NCBI GenBank assembly: GCA_919901565.1
Contig: CAKKPE010000107.1
Location: 7,091 to 71,090, forward strand
From: a bacterium
GTDB lineage: Bacteria; CG2-30-53-67
Reading direction: 5' to 3'
DNA length: 64,000 nt
Part shown: piece by piece, positions 29,067 to 40,501 of the stretch
How positions within the stretch are numbered: position 1 is the stretch's first letter
Layout of the letters: the number at the start of each line of letters is the position of its first letter
Notes under the pieces: model-generated
The model's database searches: none
What the model saw: only the letters and a program-made list of their open reading frames with translations
What the model was told of the DNA's origin: nothing
Program-made: the position numbers and the translations under genes

Positions 29067-29558
29067 ATGCCCTCTTTCGATATTGTCAACAGGATTGATA
29101 TGCAGGAGGTTGATAACGCCGTCAATCTTACAAAGAAAGTCATCGCCACGCGATACGACTTCCGGAAGTCGCAGACAGAGATCAACCTGAACCGGAAGGA
29201 ACAGGGCATCCACCTGATTACGGAGGATACCATGAAGATGAAAGCCGTACAGGATGAATTGATCGGCAACATGGTCAAACGCAAGGTCGATCCAAAGGTC
29301 CTGGATCTCAAGGAGGTTGAACCGGCCTCCAAAGGAATGCTCAAATGTGAAGTCCGGCTGGTGGATGGTATTGATATGGATACGGCCAGGCTTATCGTAA
29401 AAATGATCAAAGACCTCAAACTCAAGGTCCAGGCCCAGATTCAGGATAACCAGGTGCGTGTGAGCGGCAAGAAGATCGATGACCTTCAGACGGTTATAGC
29501 GATGCTCAAGAAAAGCAAGCTGAAAGTGCCGCTTCAGTTTATGAATATGAAGGAGTGA
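29067..29558 (+). CDS. yajQ: YajQ-family nucleotide-binding protein (UPF0234)
   Basis: [20 protein letters not shown]…TRYDFR is the canonical YajQ N-terminus. 163 aa. Confidence 0.85.
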   Translation: MPSFDIVNRIDMQEVDNAVNLTKKVIATRYDFRKSQTEINLNRKEQGIHLITEDTMKMKAVQDELIGNMVKRKVDPKVLDLKEVEPASKGMLKCEVRLVDGIDMDTARLIVKMIKDLKLKVQAQIQDNQVRVSGKKIDDLQTVIAMLKKSKLKVPLQFMNMKE

Positions 29559-29629
29559 TACAAAACTTTTTCTCCTGAACGAGAATGAACCTTGGCAATG
29601 CCTTTAATGAGAGATAGGATGGAAGCCCG

Positions 29630-30229
29630 ATGAAGGAGAGGGCCGGTTTTGACCGGAAAATGAGTCGGGAAGAGATCAATATGCTTCCGATTAGGAAGTG
29701 TGAATTCCCTGTCCATCTTGTCCGGACCCGTGAAGAACTGATCGCTGCCATTGAAGTGCTGAGCAATGACACGGTTTTTGGGTTTGATACGGAAACCAAA
29801 CCCGCATTCAAAAAGGGGCAGATGCACCCGACGGCGCTTATACAGCTTGCAGGGAGTAAGGCCGTCTATCTTTTTCAGCTCAGGGAGTTGAACCTGCCGA
29901 AAATGCTTCGGGATATTTTTTCGAACCCCCATGTGGTTAAAGCAGGGGTTGCGCTGGACGATGATATCAAGAAACTCCAGCAGCTGGCTTTTTTCAGGAA
30001 GTCAGGCTTTGTCGAACTGGGAGATGTTGCCAGGGAAGCCGGGATCAAGAATTACGGTCTGCGCGGTCTGGCTGCTGTGCTGCTGGGGTTCCGCATAACC
30101 AAGAATGCGCAGCTTTCAAACTGGTCAAGAGAGACACTCTCAAAAGCCCAGGTCAAATATGCGGCTACGGACGCATGGGTTAGCCGGGAACTATACTTGC
30201 AATTAAAAAAACATACCAAGGCAATCTAA
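29630..30229 (+). CDS. 3'-5' exonuclease domain protein (DEDDy, RNase D/WRN-exo-like)
   Basis: FGFDTETKP (Exo I), VKAGVALDDDIKKL (Exo II) and YAATDAWVSRELY (Exo III). Confidence 0.75.
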   Translation: MKERAGFDRKMSREEINMLPIRKCEFPVHLVRTREELIAAIEVLSNDTVFGFDTETKPAFKKGQMHPTALIQLAGSKAVYLFQLRELNLPKMLRDIFSNPHVVKAGVALDDDIKKLQQLAFFRKSGFVELGDVAREAGIKNYGLRGLAAVLLGFRITKNAQLSNWSRETLSKAQVKYAATDAWVSRELYLQLKKHTKAI

Positions 30230-30290
30230 AAGAAAGCACCGTGATTTTTTAAGAATAGATCAGTTCATCAACCTTTAGAAGGAGAGACTT

Positions 30291-30641
30291 ATGAACATGG
30301 TTAATTTCAAGTGCGGTGAGAGAGAGAAAAGCGGTTCCTGCATGTTCAAAAGCCTGGTGTTTGCATTTTTATTCATGGGGATATTTTTCTTATTTAACTT
30401 ATCGATGCCAGCTCTTGTCTGTGCGGAAGATGACGGCATTCTTCAGGACGATGTCGTCGTCCAGGATCCGGGGGCGATGCAGGACCAAGGTGTAATCCAG
30501 GATGAGGTTCCCTCAGAAGACCAGGAAGGTGTGGAGAATGAAACACCCCCGGCAGGCGATGGCGACGTTCAGGACGGGGACAACATGCAGAATCAGGAGA
30601 ATGTGCAAACCGATGAAGAAGCGCCTCCTGAGCTTCCTTAG
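30291..30641 (+). CDS. Secreted acidic low-complexity (Q/D/E-rich) protein
   Basis: Signal-like segment MFKSLVFAFLFMGIFFLFNLSMPALVCA, then a D/E/Q-rich repetitive tail. The start is more likely the internal Met near 30342. Confidence 0.4.
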   Translation: MNMVNFKCGEREKSGSCMFKSLVFAFLFMGIFFLFNLSMPALVCAEDDGILQDDVVVQDPGAMQDQGVIQDEVPSEDQEGVENETPPAGDGDVQDGDNMQNQENVQTDEEAPPELP

Positions 30642-30674
30642 AGCGTGTAACTGCCACCATCTGGAAGGATCATT

Positions 30675-31151
30675 ATGAACGATCAAAGCCTGAGAGTCGT
30701 CAAGATCCGAGTGCGCATGAACGTTTCCGGCAAACGCGTCATCGGTTATGTGGATCTTCCACAGAGCTATGACCGGACCTCGGATCTGTTGAATGGCCCG
30801 GATATGTTTATTCTCGTCCGGCCGGAAAAGCAGTCGTCAGAGAATAAGGGAGAAAGTTCACAGATTATCCAGAAGGGGGCCATCAGTTATCTTGAGGCCC
30901 TGGAAGAGCCGAAACATGCTGAGACAGCCCTCCAGCAGGGCCGTTTTCAGCCCGTTGCAGCCGAGTTCAAAGAACCGACTGTCCTTATCAAGGCGGAAAT
31001 CTTCGTTCCCCAGGGATCCAGTGTCCTGAGCGTGCTGAACGATGAGCGGGGTTTTATCAACCTGTGCAAGGTCCGTTTTGAAAGCTCAGTCGAGCAATAT
31101 AGCTATATTGCCGTCGGGAAAAAGCAGATTATTCTGATGAAGACGCAGTAG
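30675..31151 (+). CDS. Hypothetical protein (158 aa)
   Basis: Clean ORF with an AGGA ribosome-binding site. No recognisable domain. Confidence 0.45.
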   Translation: MNDQSLRVVKIRVRMNVSGKRVIGYVDLPQSYDRTSDLLNGPDMFILVRPEKQSSENKGESSQIIQKGAISYLEALEEPKHAETALQQGRFQPVAAEFKEPTVLIKAEIFVPQGSSVLSVLNDERGFINLCKVRFESSVEQYSYIAVGKKQIILMKTQ

Positions 31152-31191
31152 GGAGGGCGGTTCAGGGCAAAGCCTCGCCATATCCGGGTTC

Positions 31192-33063
31192 TTATACTCT
31201 GCCCGATTGGATCGGGTCGCTTAACCGTTCTTCAAATGATCGGGCTTTGTTTTCGTACTCCACGGTCAGCTCTTCAAGTTCGCCGAAAAGAAGATCCATC
31301 TTTTTCCTGGATTCAGAGATGGACTTGGAGCTTTTTTTTATGGACTCACCATTCTGATTCTGTGAGGCCTCAAGAAGAAGCTGGGTCTCATGGTCAATGC
31401 GCTCTTCCAGTTCCTCGATGGTGTTTTCAACTTCGCGGATTCTTTTTTCAAGCGCAGCCAAAGTCTTTGACCTTTCTGCAAGAATTTCGGCGCGGATGCG
31501 CCTCATATCTTTTTTGTTCACGGGTTTATTTTTCTGTGCCTTGCTCCCGGTGCAAGGGGCAGGGGCGATCTCATCCTTCCATCCGACCCTGTCCAGAAAG
31601 TCCTGATAGGTGCCTTCGAACATTTTTACCTGATTGTCGTCGAAAACGATCAACCTTGTCGCCACGGAGCGGAGGATCATTTCACTGTGTGTGACGATCA
31701 TGACGGCGCCATTGAATGCGTCGATGGCCTCGAGCAGGGAATCAACGGATTCCATGTCAAGATGATTGGTCGGCTCGTCGAGCAGCAGGAGGTTGGCCGG
31801 GCAGGCGAGCAGCTTCCCGAGAAGAACCCTGCTCCTTTCGCCGCCCGAGAGTACCGCTATTCTTTTTAACGCCTTGTCCCCGTCAAACATCATCGCTCCG
31901 CAGATGCTGCGGGCCGCTTTTCTGTTTTGATCAGGATGGGCACCAAGGATTTCCTGTTCAACGGTATTATCCAGATTCAGACGGTTGATATTGGTCTGAC
32001 CGAAATAGGCAATCTTCAAGTCCTGATGCAGTCCTATAATTCCGGCTGTGGGTGAAAGTTCGCCTGCAAGAAGGTTCAATAAGGTGGTTTTGCCCTGCCC
32101 GTTCTTCCCGATAATGCCGATCCTGTCGTTTTTGCTCACAGAAAAACTCAAGCGGTCAATCAGAAGAGGATCTTCGGGATTAAACGAGAAGGAGAGGTCC
32201 TCGGCCCTTAAGAGCCATTTGCCCGAAAGGGGGGAGGCATTGAATTCGAAGTCCAGGGTCTTGATCTCCGAGAGTTTCTCAAGCTTTTCCTTCTTGAGAA
32301 GAGCCTTGACCCTGGATTGGACTGCACTGGCCTTGGTTGCCTGGGCCCTGAATCGGTTTATGAACTGCTCGGTTTCCTTGCGCTTTTTATCATCGTTCAC
32401 ACGGGTCTTCTCAAAGATCTCTTCTTCCTGGAGGACCTGCTGGGAGAATTTGAGGGTTGAACCGGATATTTTCCTGATCCTGCAGCGGTGAATCCCCATG
32501 GTGTGCGTGGTCACGCTGTCCATGAAGGCCCGGTCATGCGTGATCAGCATCAGCTCGTTCTTCCATGAAAGCAAAAAACGGTTCAGCCATCGGGCTGAGA
32601 CGATATCCAGGTAGTTTGTGGGTTCGTCGAGAAGGAGAAGGTTGGGTTCAGAGATCAGCACCTTGGCAAGATTCAATCGGACCTGGAAGCCGCCGGAGAG
32701 TTCATCCGGATGACGGTCAAAGTCCTTGCTGGAGAAACCAAGTCCCTGGAGGACATTCTTCACCCTGTACGTCTCATCTCTGCCGTCCTCGGTTGTCTTG
32801 AGGCTCGAGCACCCCTCTTTTAGGATGGTCTCCTCTGTAAAATGGATGTGCTGGGAAAGATGGGCGATGGAATAATGATTCGGGATACGGATTGCCCCTG
32901 CATCCGGGTGTTCTTCCCCGAGGATCATTCTGAACAGCGTGGTTTTCCCATGACCGTTCCTGCCGATCAGTCCGATGCGCTCGCCTGCATTGATCGAGAA
33001 ACTGATCTTGTTGAAAATAATCTGTTGTCCATACGATTTGTCTATCTCGCTGACTTGAATCAT
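31192..33063 (-). CDS. ABC-F family ATPase (Uup/YheS/EttA-like, two ABC cassettes and a C-terminal coiled coil)
   Basis: Two Walker A sites (GRNGHGKTT and GKNGQGKTT), LSGG signatures, and a charged helical C-terminus. Start at the ATG at 33063 (MIQVSEIDKSYG…). The track's longer N-terminus runs into repeat copy C. Confidence 0.85.
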   Translation of the reverse strand: MIQVSEIDKSYGQQIIFNKISFSINAGERIGLIGRNGHGKTTLFRMILGEEHPDAGAIRIPNHYSIAHLSQHIHFTEETILKEGCSSLKTTEDGRDETYRVKNVLQGLGFSSKDFDRHPDELSGGFQVRLNLAKVLISEPNLLLLDEPTNYLDIVSARWLNRFLLSWKNELMLITHDRAFMDSVTTHTMGIHRCRIRKISGSTLKFSQQVLQEEEIFEKTRVNDDKKRKETEQFINRFRAQATKASAVQSRVKALLKKEKLEKLSEIKTLDFEFNASPLSGKWLLRAEDLSFSFNPEDPLLIDRLSFSVSKNDRIGIIGKNGQGKTTLLNLLAGELSPTAGIIGLHQDLKIAYFGQTNINRLNLDNTVEQEILGAHPDQNRKAARSICGAMMFDGDKALKRIAVLSGGERSRVLLGKLLACPANLLLLDEPTNHLDMESVDSLLEAIDAFNGAVMIVTHSEMILRSVATRLIVFDDNQVKMFEGTYQDFLDRVGWKDEIAPAPCTGSKAQKNKPVNKKDMRRIRAEILAERSKTLAALEKRIREVENTIEELEERIDHETQLLLEASQNQNGESIKKSSKSISESRKKMDLLFGELEELTVEYENKARSFEERLSDPIQSGRV

Positions 33064-33111
33064 CTCTTCCCTAATGACGGGCCATGCTGTCTTGAGGCCT
33101 GATTTAATGTC

Positions 33112-33467
33112 TTTTTCATGTTTAAGTTGAACCACGCAAAAATTGGAAATTAAAATTTTTTTTGCAAGCTTAAGAATCAAAGATCAAAAATCAAAATTAC
33201 AAATCAAAATATAAAAATGGCTCAGCCTCTTTTGGAAAGCCTGGCTTGGATTCAAGACATGAACTCCCAAACGGGCATAACGCCCAAGCACCCGATTACA
33301 AATGACTCTATCTCCCCCTTCTATCGCACTTCAATAAACTCGCGTTACAAAAAAGTTAATCTCAGAACCATCCTTTAATATTCATTTCTGATTTTTACTT
33401 TGTCATTTTGATTGTTGATTCTTTATCTTTAATTTCTATAACCGTTAAACTTTCTTATGAAAGAACC
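33112..33467 (-). repeat. Foldback intergenic element, copy C (full length)
   Basis: Termini ttttcatgtttaagttgaacc…ccgttaaactttcttatgaaagaacc, core cctcttttggaaagcctggcttggattcaagacatgaactcccaaacgggca, and 70-bp AT-rich inverted arms. Confidence 0.85.
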
Positions 33468-33531
33468 GTTTAAATTTCAAATGGGCTATGGGCAAAAACC
33501 CGGCAGTTTGCTCTATGAGGTTTCTTGGCAT

Positions 33532-33565
33532 AAAAAAGCTCCATGGTTGACCATGGAGCTTTTTT
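33532..33565. terminator. Bidirectional rho-independent terminator (AAAAAAGCTCCATGG-ttga-CCATGGAGCTTTTTT) downstream of cspA
   Basis: Perfect 10-bp GC-containing stem flanked by an A-run and a T-run. Confidence 0.75.
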
Positions 33566-33589
33566 ATGACCGTACAGGCATGTTTTTTA

Positions 33590-33790
33590 TTACACTTTTA
33601 CAACATTGGCGGCCTGGGGACCCTTGGGTCCTTCAACCACATCAAAGCTGACTCTGTCCCCTTCGTTCAGGGTTTTAAAGCCATCTCCCTGTATTGCCGA
33701 AAAATGAACAAACACATCCGGACCGCTGTCCTGCTCGATAAAGCCAAAACCCTTCCCTCCATTGAACCACTTAACCGTCCCTTCTGCCAT
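33590..33790 (-). CDS. cspA: Cold-shock protein
   Basis: [21 protein letters not shown]…, RNP motifs, 66 aa. Confidence 0.9.
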   Translation of the reverse strand: MAEGTVKWFNGGKGFGFIEQDSGPDVFVHFSAIQGDGFKTLNEGDRVSFDVVEGPKGPQAANVVKV

Positions 33791-34071
33791 TTTTATTCTC
33801 CTTTTCTCCTCGGTAAAACCGATATTTTTTAAATGCGCATTGTCTAACCATCGCCGGAAGACAACTGCACAGGCATAGCTTACAACATAATTATACTCAA
33901 AAACAAGAAATAATTTAGGAATTCAATAATAATGTGTTATGATACTCGAAATTGTAAGTTGAGGTTCAAAGATGGTTTTTTGACCCCGTTGCCGTGACTT
34001 CACTGCTGAGGTATAACCCCTCTACACATCCCCTATGGCCGGTTTGTGATAAAAAAGGGAAAGAGGATAGA

Positions 34072-35880
34072 ATGACAAAACGTAAGGATTTGAGAAACAT
34101 TGCGATTATTGCCCATGTGGACCACGGCAAGACAACACTGGTGGACTGGATGTTAAGGCAGGCCGGGACCTTCCGGGCCAATGAAAAAGTCCAGGAACGC
34201 GTGATGGACAATATCGACCTGGAGCGGGAACGCGGGATTACGATCATGGCAAAAAATGCGGCGGTTGAATACAAAGGGGTAAAGGTCAATATCGTCGATA
34301 CGCCTGGCCATGCGGATTTTGGAGGAGAGGTGGAAAGGACCCTGAAGATGGTGGACGGGGTGCTCCTTCTGGTGGACGCCTCGGAAGGCCCCCTCCCCCA
34401 GACAAGGTTTGTGCTCAAGAAAGCCCTGGAGCTCAAATTGCCGCCCATTCTGGTCATCAACAAGATTGACCGGCCTGATGCGAGGATTAAAGAAGTATTG
34501 AATGAGGTCTATGACCTGTTTATCGACCTGGACGCTACAGAAGAACAGCTTGAGTTTCCCGTGATTTACACAAATGCCAAAAAAGGGATTGCAAAATACC
34601 ACATGGAAGACGAATCCGAAGACTTAAGGCCTCTTCTTGATCTGATACTCAAGACTATCCCGGAGCCTGAAGGCGACCTTGACGGGATCTTGCAGCTCCT
34701 TGTCACCAATATCGGCTACAACGACTACGTGGGACGACTGGCCATCGGAAGGATCTTTTCAGGGACCTTGAAGGTCGGGGACCCGGCCACCGTGGTGAAT
34801 CATGATGGCGATGAAATCAAAACAAAGATCACATCGATTCATACATTCCAGGGACTCGAACGCCAGGAGGTGCAAGAGGCCTCGGTTGGCGACATTGTCG
34901 CCCTTTCAGGGATAGAAGGAATCAACATCGGCGATACCATTACAGACGCTGAAAGGCCGAAGCCTCTTCCAAGGATTATTGTGGACGAGCCGACCATATC
35001 CATGGTCTTTTCTGTGAACACATCCCCTCTTGCCGGCAAGGAGGGGAAATATGTCACGTCAAGGCACATCAGGGAGAGGCTCGAGAAGGAACTGCTCTAC
35101 AATGTTTCCATAAGGGTGGACTTCGAAAATACAGACGCGTTCAAGGTCATGGGGCGCGGCGAATTACAGCTCGCCATTCTGATCGAGATGATGAGGCGGG
35201 AGGGGTATGAGCTTTCCGTATCCATGCCCGAAACCATCACCAGGGAGATCAACGGCGTCCTGCAGGAGCCCATGGAACTCCTGGTCGTGGATGTGCCTGA
35301 AGAATACGTCGGGGTCATCACCCAGCAGGTCGGGATGAGAAAAGGCAGGATGTTGAAGATGCAGAATAACGGGCACGGCAGGGTCAGGGTCGAATTCAGG
35401 ATCCCGTCACGGGGACTGATCGGTTTCCGCTCCCAGTTCCTGACAGACACGAGGGGGACCGGCCTTTTAAATCACCTTTTTGACGGATATGAACCGTGGC
35501 ACGGGCCCATCACCAAAAGAAAGACCGGCGCCCTCGTTGCAGACAGGGCCGGACGGACGACCACCTATGCCCTCTTTCACCTGCAGCCGAGGGGGACGCT
35601 TTTCATAAAGGAGAACACGCAGGTTTATGAAGGGATGATCATTGGTGAAAATTCCAGGGAAAAAGATATTGATGTCAATGCCACGAAAGAAAAGAAGCTG
35701 ACCAACATGCGTGCATCGGGTGCGGATGATGCGCTTCAGCTGATCCCTCCGAGGATTTTAAGCCTTGAGCAAGCCATCGAATTTATCAAGGAAGATGAGC
35801 TTGTGGATATCACGCCACTATCCTTGAGGCTGAGGAAGAAGATCCTGGATGTCCATAAGCGGCCGAAAGCCAGGGAATGA
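34072..35880 (+). CDS. typA: Translational GTPase TypA/BipA
   Basis: [29 protein letters not shown]. About 600 aa. ATG at 34072 after GGGAAAGAGGA. Confidence 0.9.
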   Translation: MTKRKDLRNIAIIAHVDHGKTTLVDWMLRQAGTFRANEKVQERVMDNIDLERERGITIMAKNAAVEYKGVKVNIVDTPGHADFGGEVERTLKMVDGVLLLVDASEGPLPQTRFVLKKALELKLPPILVINKIDRPDARIKEVLNEVYDLFIDLDATEEQLEFPVIYTNAKKGIAKYHMEDESEDLRPLLDLILKTIPEPEGDLDGILQLLVTNIGYNDYVGRLAIGRIFSGTLKVGDPATVVNHDGDEIKTKITSIHTFQGLERQEVQEASVGDIVALSGIEGINIGDTITDAERPKPLPRIIVDEPTISMVFSVNTSPLAGKEGKYVTSRHIRERLEKELLYNVSIRVDFENTDAFKVMGRGELQLAILIEMMRREGYELSVSMPETITREINGVLQEPMELLVVDVPEEYVGVITQQVGMRKGRMLKMQNNGHGRVRVEFRIPSRGLIGFRSQFLTDTRGTGLLNHLFDGYEPWHGPITKRKTGALVADRAGRTTTYALFHLQPRGTLFIKENTQVYEGMIIGENSREKDIDVNATKEKKLTNMRASGADDALQLIPPRILSLEQAIEFIKEDELVDITPLSLRLRKKILDVHKRPKARE

Positions 35881-35894
35881 GACGGATTTTGCTT

Positions 35895-35980
35895 TATAGA
35901 AATGAAAGATAAAGAATCAAAATTTTATTTTTTGATTTGTCATTTTGATTTTTAATCTTTGATTCTTGATTCTCAATGTG
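35895..35980. repeat. Foldback element copy E: minimal form, AT-rich inverted arms only, sited between the convergent typA and PPIase genes where it can act as a bidirectional terminator
   Basis: aagaatcaaaattttattttttgatttgtcattttgatttttaatctttgattctt carries the family arm motifs gtcattttgattttt and aagaatcaaa. Confidence 0.65.
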
Positions 35981-36120
35981 TGCAAGAACTGCTCTGTTTT
36001 CCAAAACATCGCTAAGCAAAATCAGATAAATGCCGGATCGACCCCTGGAAAGACGTCTATGAAGAGGTCCTTTGGTGCCGGAACCGGCGTTTATGGCAGC
36101 CTGTGGTTAATCGGGAGCCC

Positions 36121-37170
36121 TTATTTCAACAAGACCTCGATCTTGGCCGACTTCTTCAAAGAATCGACATACTCTAAAAGTTTTGATTGAATGACCGAGT
36201 TTTCCAGAAATTTAGAGATCTTGTCCTTGACCTCGTCATAGGGGGCCATTTGAGCAGGCTTTTTATCTTCACTTTTAATGATATGGTACCCAAAGGATGT
36301 TTTTACCACATCGCTGATTTCACCGGGCTTCATGGCAAACGCGGCCTTGGCAAATTCCGGGACCATATCTTCTGTGCTGAAGTATCCCAGTTCTCCGCTG
36401 TTCTGTGCGGCCGATGGGTCTTCGGAATTCTCCTTGGCCAGCTTTGCAAAATCCTCGCCTTTTTTCGCACGCTTTAACAGGTCTTTGATTTTTTTCTGGG
36501 CTTTTGCATCATCCTCTTTTGTGGCATCCTTGCCGACCTTGATCAGGATATGGCTGGCTTTGACCGACTCCTTCTGCATGAACTTGTCCTTGTTGGCCGG
36601 ATCATTATAAAAGGATTGGATCTCCTGTTCGGAGGTCGAAACATTCTTCTTTATCTCCCCGATCTGGTCATTAACCACTTTCTGGATGCGGACCTCCTTT
36701 TCGATGTCTTTGCGAAGGTCTTTTTCGGTTATGTTGTGTTCTTTGAGAGCGGCCTGAAAGTCTTCTTCCTTGGGTAGGCTGGCCCTGAGTTTTTTGTATG
36801 TCTCATCCACCTGCTGGTCCAAGTCCTTGATCTTCTGCTTCTTTCCTTCCTGAAAAAGAACTTCTGTGGTGATCAGGTCCTGCAACACCTTGATCCGGAG
36901 ATCCTTCATTTGGTCTTCTGATGAAACCGTGGCGGCCATCTGAGGGTTTTGTGTGAAAATCTGTTTGATGTTTTTCGTCAGTTCAGATTCCTTGATGGGG
37001 GTGCCATTGATTTTGGCGACAACGGCGTCCTCGGTTTTTGCTTTTTCCTGCTGTTGAGCGCTATCGGCTTTTTTAACCGGGTCATCAGCCCACAGAGATT
37101 GTGGGGCAAGGTAGATGCCGATCACAAGGAACAAATAAACGACGATTCTCATTGGATGCTGGGTTTTCAA
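36121..37170 (-). CDS. SurA/PrsA-like periplasmic parvulin-type peptidyl-prolyl isomerase
   Basis: Signal peptide, chaperone-like N-region, and a PpiC domain (ASHILIKV…GELGYFSTEDMVPEFAKAAF…SFGYHIIK). Confidence 0.75.
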   Translation of the reverse strand: MKTQHPMRIVVYLFLVIGIYLAPQSLWADDPVKKADSAQQQEKAKTEDAVVAKINGTPIKESELTKNIKQIFTQNPQMAATVSSEDQMKDLRIKVLQDLITTEVLFQEGKKQKIKDLDQQVDETYKKLRASLPKEEDFQAALKEHNITEKDLRKDIEKEVRIQKVVNDQIGEIKKNVSTSEQEIQSFYNDPANKDKFMQKESVKASHILIKVGKDATKEDDAKAQKKIKDLLKRAKKGEDFAKLAKENSEDPSAAQNSGELGYFSTEDMVPEFAKAAFAMKPGEISDVVKTSFGYHIIKSEDKKPAQMAPYDEVKDKISKFLENSVIQSKLLEYVDSLKKSAKIEVLLK

Positions 37171-37360
37171 GGGGGTTCTCCTTATGGAAAAATGTGTATA
37201 AAAAAAACAGAATAATAGCCAATGATAGATTCATAAAACCTGATCATAACAGGGGGAATGAGAGACGTCAATAAAATTTACATAAAATTTATTTCATAAA
37301 AAACTATACACTCCATAAAAAAAAGGAGATAACCAGTGTTGGCTAACTCCTTGATAGTTC

Positions 37361-37436
<76 letters not shown>

Positions 37437-37717
37437 ATTATTTTATATTCTTCAAACTTGAATACTAACTAACTCCTCACAATGATCAGCCCTGAAGGCC
37501 GACCTTCCCGATGCAATCGGGACGCGCTCCTCCCGACCCTTGTCGGGAAGCTACAGCCCCGAATTAAATGTAAAATCAATATAGCATTGAGAAAATTCCA
37601 TTGTCAAGGCTAAATCCTATTGACTTTTATGAAGATTATTGTAAACTGAAAAAAAATTTTCAGCGTTATCATTTCTTAAGCAAGATATCCTAAGAATTAA
37701 GAATAGGAGGTTTCGTT

Positions 37718-38722
37718 ATGGCAATCCGGGTGGCAATTAACGGGTTCGGGAGGATCGGCAGGAATATTCTCAGGGCGTCTCTCGACAACAAGAAGCTTGA
37801 TTTCGTGGCGGTCAATGACCTGACCACGCCAGAGACTCTGGCCCATCTGCTGAAATATGATTCGATCCTCGGCACGTTGGAGACAAAGGTCAAGGCCAAA
37901 AAGAATGCCATTGTGGTCGGAGACCGGGAGATCCGGATCCTTTCGGTAAGGGATCCGGCAGCCCTTCCCTGGAAGGAATTGAAAATCGATGTGGTCGTGG
38001 AGTCCACGGGGCTCTTTCTGGACCGCGCCGGTGCATCCAAGCATCTTGCAGCCGGAGCCAGGAAGGTGATTATCACGGCCCCGGCCAAAGAGCCAGATGT
38101 CACCATGGTCCTGGGGGTGAACGACGGGATGTACAATCCCAAGGAACACCATATCATCTCCAATGCCTCCTGTACCACCAACTGCCTGGCCCCTGTGGCC
38201 AAGGTCCTTCTGGATAACTTCGGCATTGTCAAGGGGCTCATGACCACGGTCCATGCCTATACCAACGATCAGAGGATTCTCGATTTCCCGCACAAGGACC
38301 TGCGCCGCGCGCGGGCTGCCGCGGTATCCATTATCCCGACGACAACGGGAGCTGCCCGGGCCGTCTCCCTGGTCCTTCCCCAATTGAAGGGGAAACTGGA
38401 CGGGATGGCCATGCGTGTTCCCACGCCCAATGTCTCGGTCGTGGATCTGGTGGCCCTGACCGAAAAAGAAACGACCAAAGAGCAGGTCAATGAAGCCATG
38501 AAGGCCGCGTCCAGAGGGGCACTCAAAGGGATTCTGCAATACGTGGATGAGCCGCTGGTGTCCAAGGATTTCAATGGGAGCCCCTTTTCTTCCTCTTTTG
38601 ATTCAGCCCTGACCTCGGTGATCGGCGGGAATCTGGTCAAGGTCATTTCATGGTACGACAATGAGTGGGGATACTCCTGCAGGGTCCGGGATCTGATCCT
38701 TTTTATTTCCAAGAAGAGATGA
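37718..38722 (+). CDS. gap: Glyceraldehyde-3-phosphate dehydrogenase, type I
   Basis: [15 protein letters not shown]…, catalytic [12 protein letters not shown]. Confidence 0.9.
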   Translation: MAIRVAINGFGRIGRNILRASLDNKKLDFVAVNDLTTPETLAHLLKYDSILGTLETKVKAKKNAIVVGDREIRILSVRDPAALPWKELKIDVVVESTGLFLDRAGASKHLAAGARKVIITAPAKEPDVTMVLGVNDGMYNPKEHHIISNASCTTNCLAPVAKVLLDNFGIVKGLMTTVHAYTNDQRILDFPHKDLRRARAAAVSIIPTTTGAARAVSLVLPQLKGKLDGMAMRVPTPNVSVVDLVALTEKETTKEQVNEAMKAASRGALKGILQYVDEPLVSKDFNGSPFSSSFDSALTSVIGGNLVKVISWYDNEWGYSCRVRDLILFISKKR

Positions 38723-39153
38723 CCGCAGGGAAAGGATCTCTTGAAAGAGAAAGGGCTGGATCGCTATCTGTGAGTCAGATCATCGGCATCGGAATCGATA
38801 TCATAGAAATTAAACGGATCGAGAAGGCCATGCAAAAGGGTTCTGACCGTTTCCGTATCCGGATCTTTACGGACCGTGAGGTGGAGTACTGCGAGAAAAA
38901 GAGGAAAAAGTATCAGCATTATGCTGCACGTTTTGCCGCCAAGGAGGCGGCCATGAAGGCACTGGGCACCGGGTTGCGCAAAGGGATCGGTTTCCCTGAG
39001 ATTGAACTGATCAACAAGGTGTCCGGGAAACCGGAATTGTTCTTTTATGGCAAGGCCCGGGAGATTTTAGACGCCTCTGGAGGGAGGGAGGTGTCTGTTT
39101 CGGTTTCTCATTCCAACGATTACGCCGTAGCCACGGTGGTACTCAGTGGGTAA
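38719..39153 (+). CDS. acpS: Holo-[acyl-carrier-protein] synthase
   Basis: [15 protein letters not shown]… is the AcpS fold. The ATG at 38719 overlaps the gap stop as ATGA. A GTG at 38770 is a possible alternative start. Confidence 0.75.
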   Translation: MTAGKGSLERERAGSLSVSQIIGIGIDIIEIKRIEKAMQKGSDRFRIRIFTDREVEYCEKKRKKYQHYAARFAAKEAAMKALGTGLRKGIGFPEIELINKVSGKPELFFYGKAREILDASGGREVSVSVSHSNDYAVATVVLSG

Positions 39154-40501
39154 TCTTGTTCCTGATTGCTTTTCCCAGGTCTGATGATCTGCGCCGAGAT
39201 GGCTGATCCACAAAGACGACGCTCTTTTCTTCCGACATAACCGCCAGCATTCTTTTATGTAACGAAGCCTGCTCCCTGAGGATTCTTTCAGTCAGCGGTA
39301 TTTCGATGAACTTTTTTATGTTACGCTTCAGAGGTCTTGCTCCATAACGCGGATCGGCCCCTTCGCTGATCACAAAATTGATGACAGCTTTGCTGAACCG
39401 GAGATGTATTTTCATTTCGTTGAGTTTCAACTGCAGCTTTGCAAGCTGTAGTTGAACAATCCTTCGGGTTTCTTTGGGTCCGAGCGGATTGAAACAGATG
39501 ATCTCGTCGATGCGGTTCAGAAATTCAGGGCGGAAGATCTTCTCAAGGGATTTCAGGGTCTCACGTCTTACCATTTCATGGTTCATGACGTCCTGTCTCG
39601 TGAATCCTACGGCGCTTTTCATCTTCTCGATTCCTTTAACACCTGCGTTGCTCGTGAGAATGATCACGGCATCATGGAAGGGAATTCTTCTCCCTTTATT
39701 GTCGGTCAGGGTTCCCTCGTCCATGACTTGAAGAAGCAGGTTGTGGACCATGGGGTTTGCCTTTTCAATCTCATCGAAGAGCACCACATTTCCCGGCCGC
39801 TTCAGCATCTGTTCGGTAAAACTCCCTCCATCATCGTATCCCACATACCCTGGCGGAGCGCCGATCAGTTTGGCATATTCATGGGGCTGTGAGAATTCCG
39901 AGCAGTCCACCCGGACCATATTTTTCTCATCACCGGTCAAGAACTCGGCCAGGGCCTTGGCCAGTTCGGTCTTGCCTACGCCGGTCTGCCCGATGAAAAG
40001 GAAACATCCCACAGGTCTGTTCGAATCCCTGATTCCGACTTTTGCGCTTTTTATGCACTGGGCAATCTGGTCGATGGCCTCATCCTGTCCTACGACCCTC
40101 TTTTTTAATGCGGCATCGATCCCATCTATTTCCCGGATGCGAGTCCAAAGGTCTTTCTTTTCTGTGGAGAGCAGCAAAGATGGCCGCTCTTTTTCCTGTA
40201 CCGGGATATTGACATTGTATATATTCAAAGACGGGTTGACCTTTATGCACATCCGATAGAGTTCTTCGATGGCGCTTTCCACGTCGACTTCTCGATCATA
40301 TTCACTATGGATCAGGGATCGGACCTTTTCATCGTACTCAGGGATAGACGCCTTTACAACAAGCTCCTGGTATGATCGCTTATCCCTCATGTCAGCGTCC
40401 TGAAAAAACACGTCCATTTCTTCCTGAGCGAGTTCCCTGACATTGATGAAGCAGTCGATCATCGGGCAGTATCTCATTTTGAGACTTGATTTGGACTGCA
40501 T
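39143..40501 (-). CDS. Stand-alone Clp/Hsp100 D2-type AAA+ ATPase (ClpB_D2-small C-terminal domain) with a unique N-terminal region of about 170 aa
   Basis: VVGQDEAIDQIAQCI…FLFIGQTGVGKTELAKALA…VLFDEIEKA…sensor-2 region. AGGGAG ribosome-binding site before the ATG at 40501. The 3' end overlaps acpS convergently by 11 nt. Confidence 0.7.
   Translation of the reverse strand: MQSKSSLKMRYCPMIDCFINVRELAQEEMDVFFQDADMRDKRSYQELVVKASIPEYDEKVRSLIHSEYDREVDVESAIEELYRMCIKVNPSLNIYNVNIPVQEKERPSLLLSTEKKDLWTRIREIDGIDAALKKRVVGQDEAIDQIAQCIKSAKVGIRDSNRPVGCFLFIGQTGVGKTELAKALAEFLTGDEKNMVRVDCSEFSQPHEYAKLIGAPPGYVGYDDGGSFTEQMLKRPGNVVLFDEIEKANPMVHNLLLQVMDEGTLTDNKGRRIPFHDAVIILTSNAGVKGIEKMKSAVGFTRQDVMNHEMVRRETLKSLEKIFRPEFLNRIDEIICFNPLGPKETRRIVQLQLAKLQLKLNEMKIHLRFSKAVINFVISEGADPRYGARPLKRNIKKFIEIPLTERILREQASLHKRMLAVMSEEKSVVFVDQPSRRRSSDLGKAIRNKITH

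Noticed and set aside
31192-33180. Long N-terminal extension (MILKLAKKILISNFCVV…) of the ABC-F ORF
   Set aside because: ABC-F proteins begin right at the first ABC cassette. The ATG at 33063 (MIQVSEIDK…) fits, and the extension overlaps the repeat element.
33457-33651. 64-aa plus-strand ORF (MKEPFKFQMGYGQ…)
   Set aside because: Starts inside the terminus of foldback copy C and runs through the cspA terminator hairpin. No ribosome-binding site.
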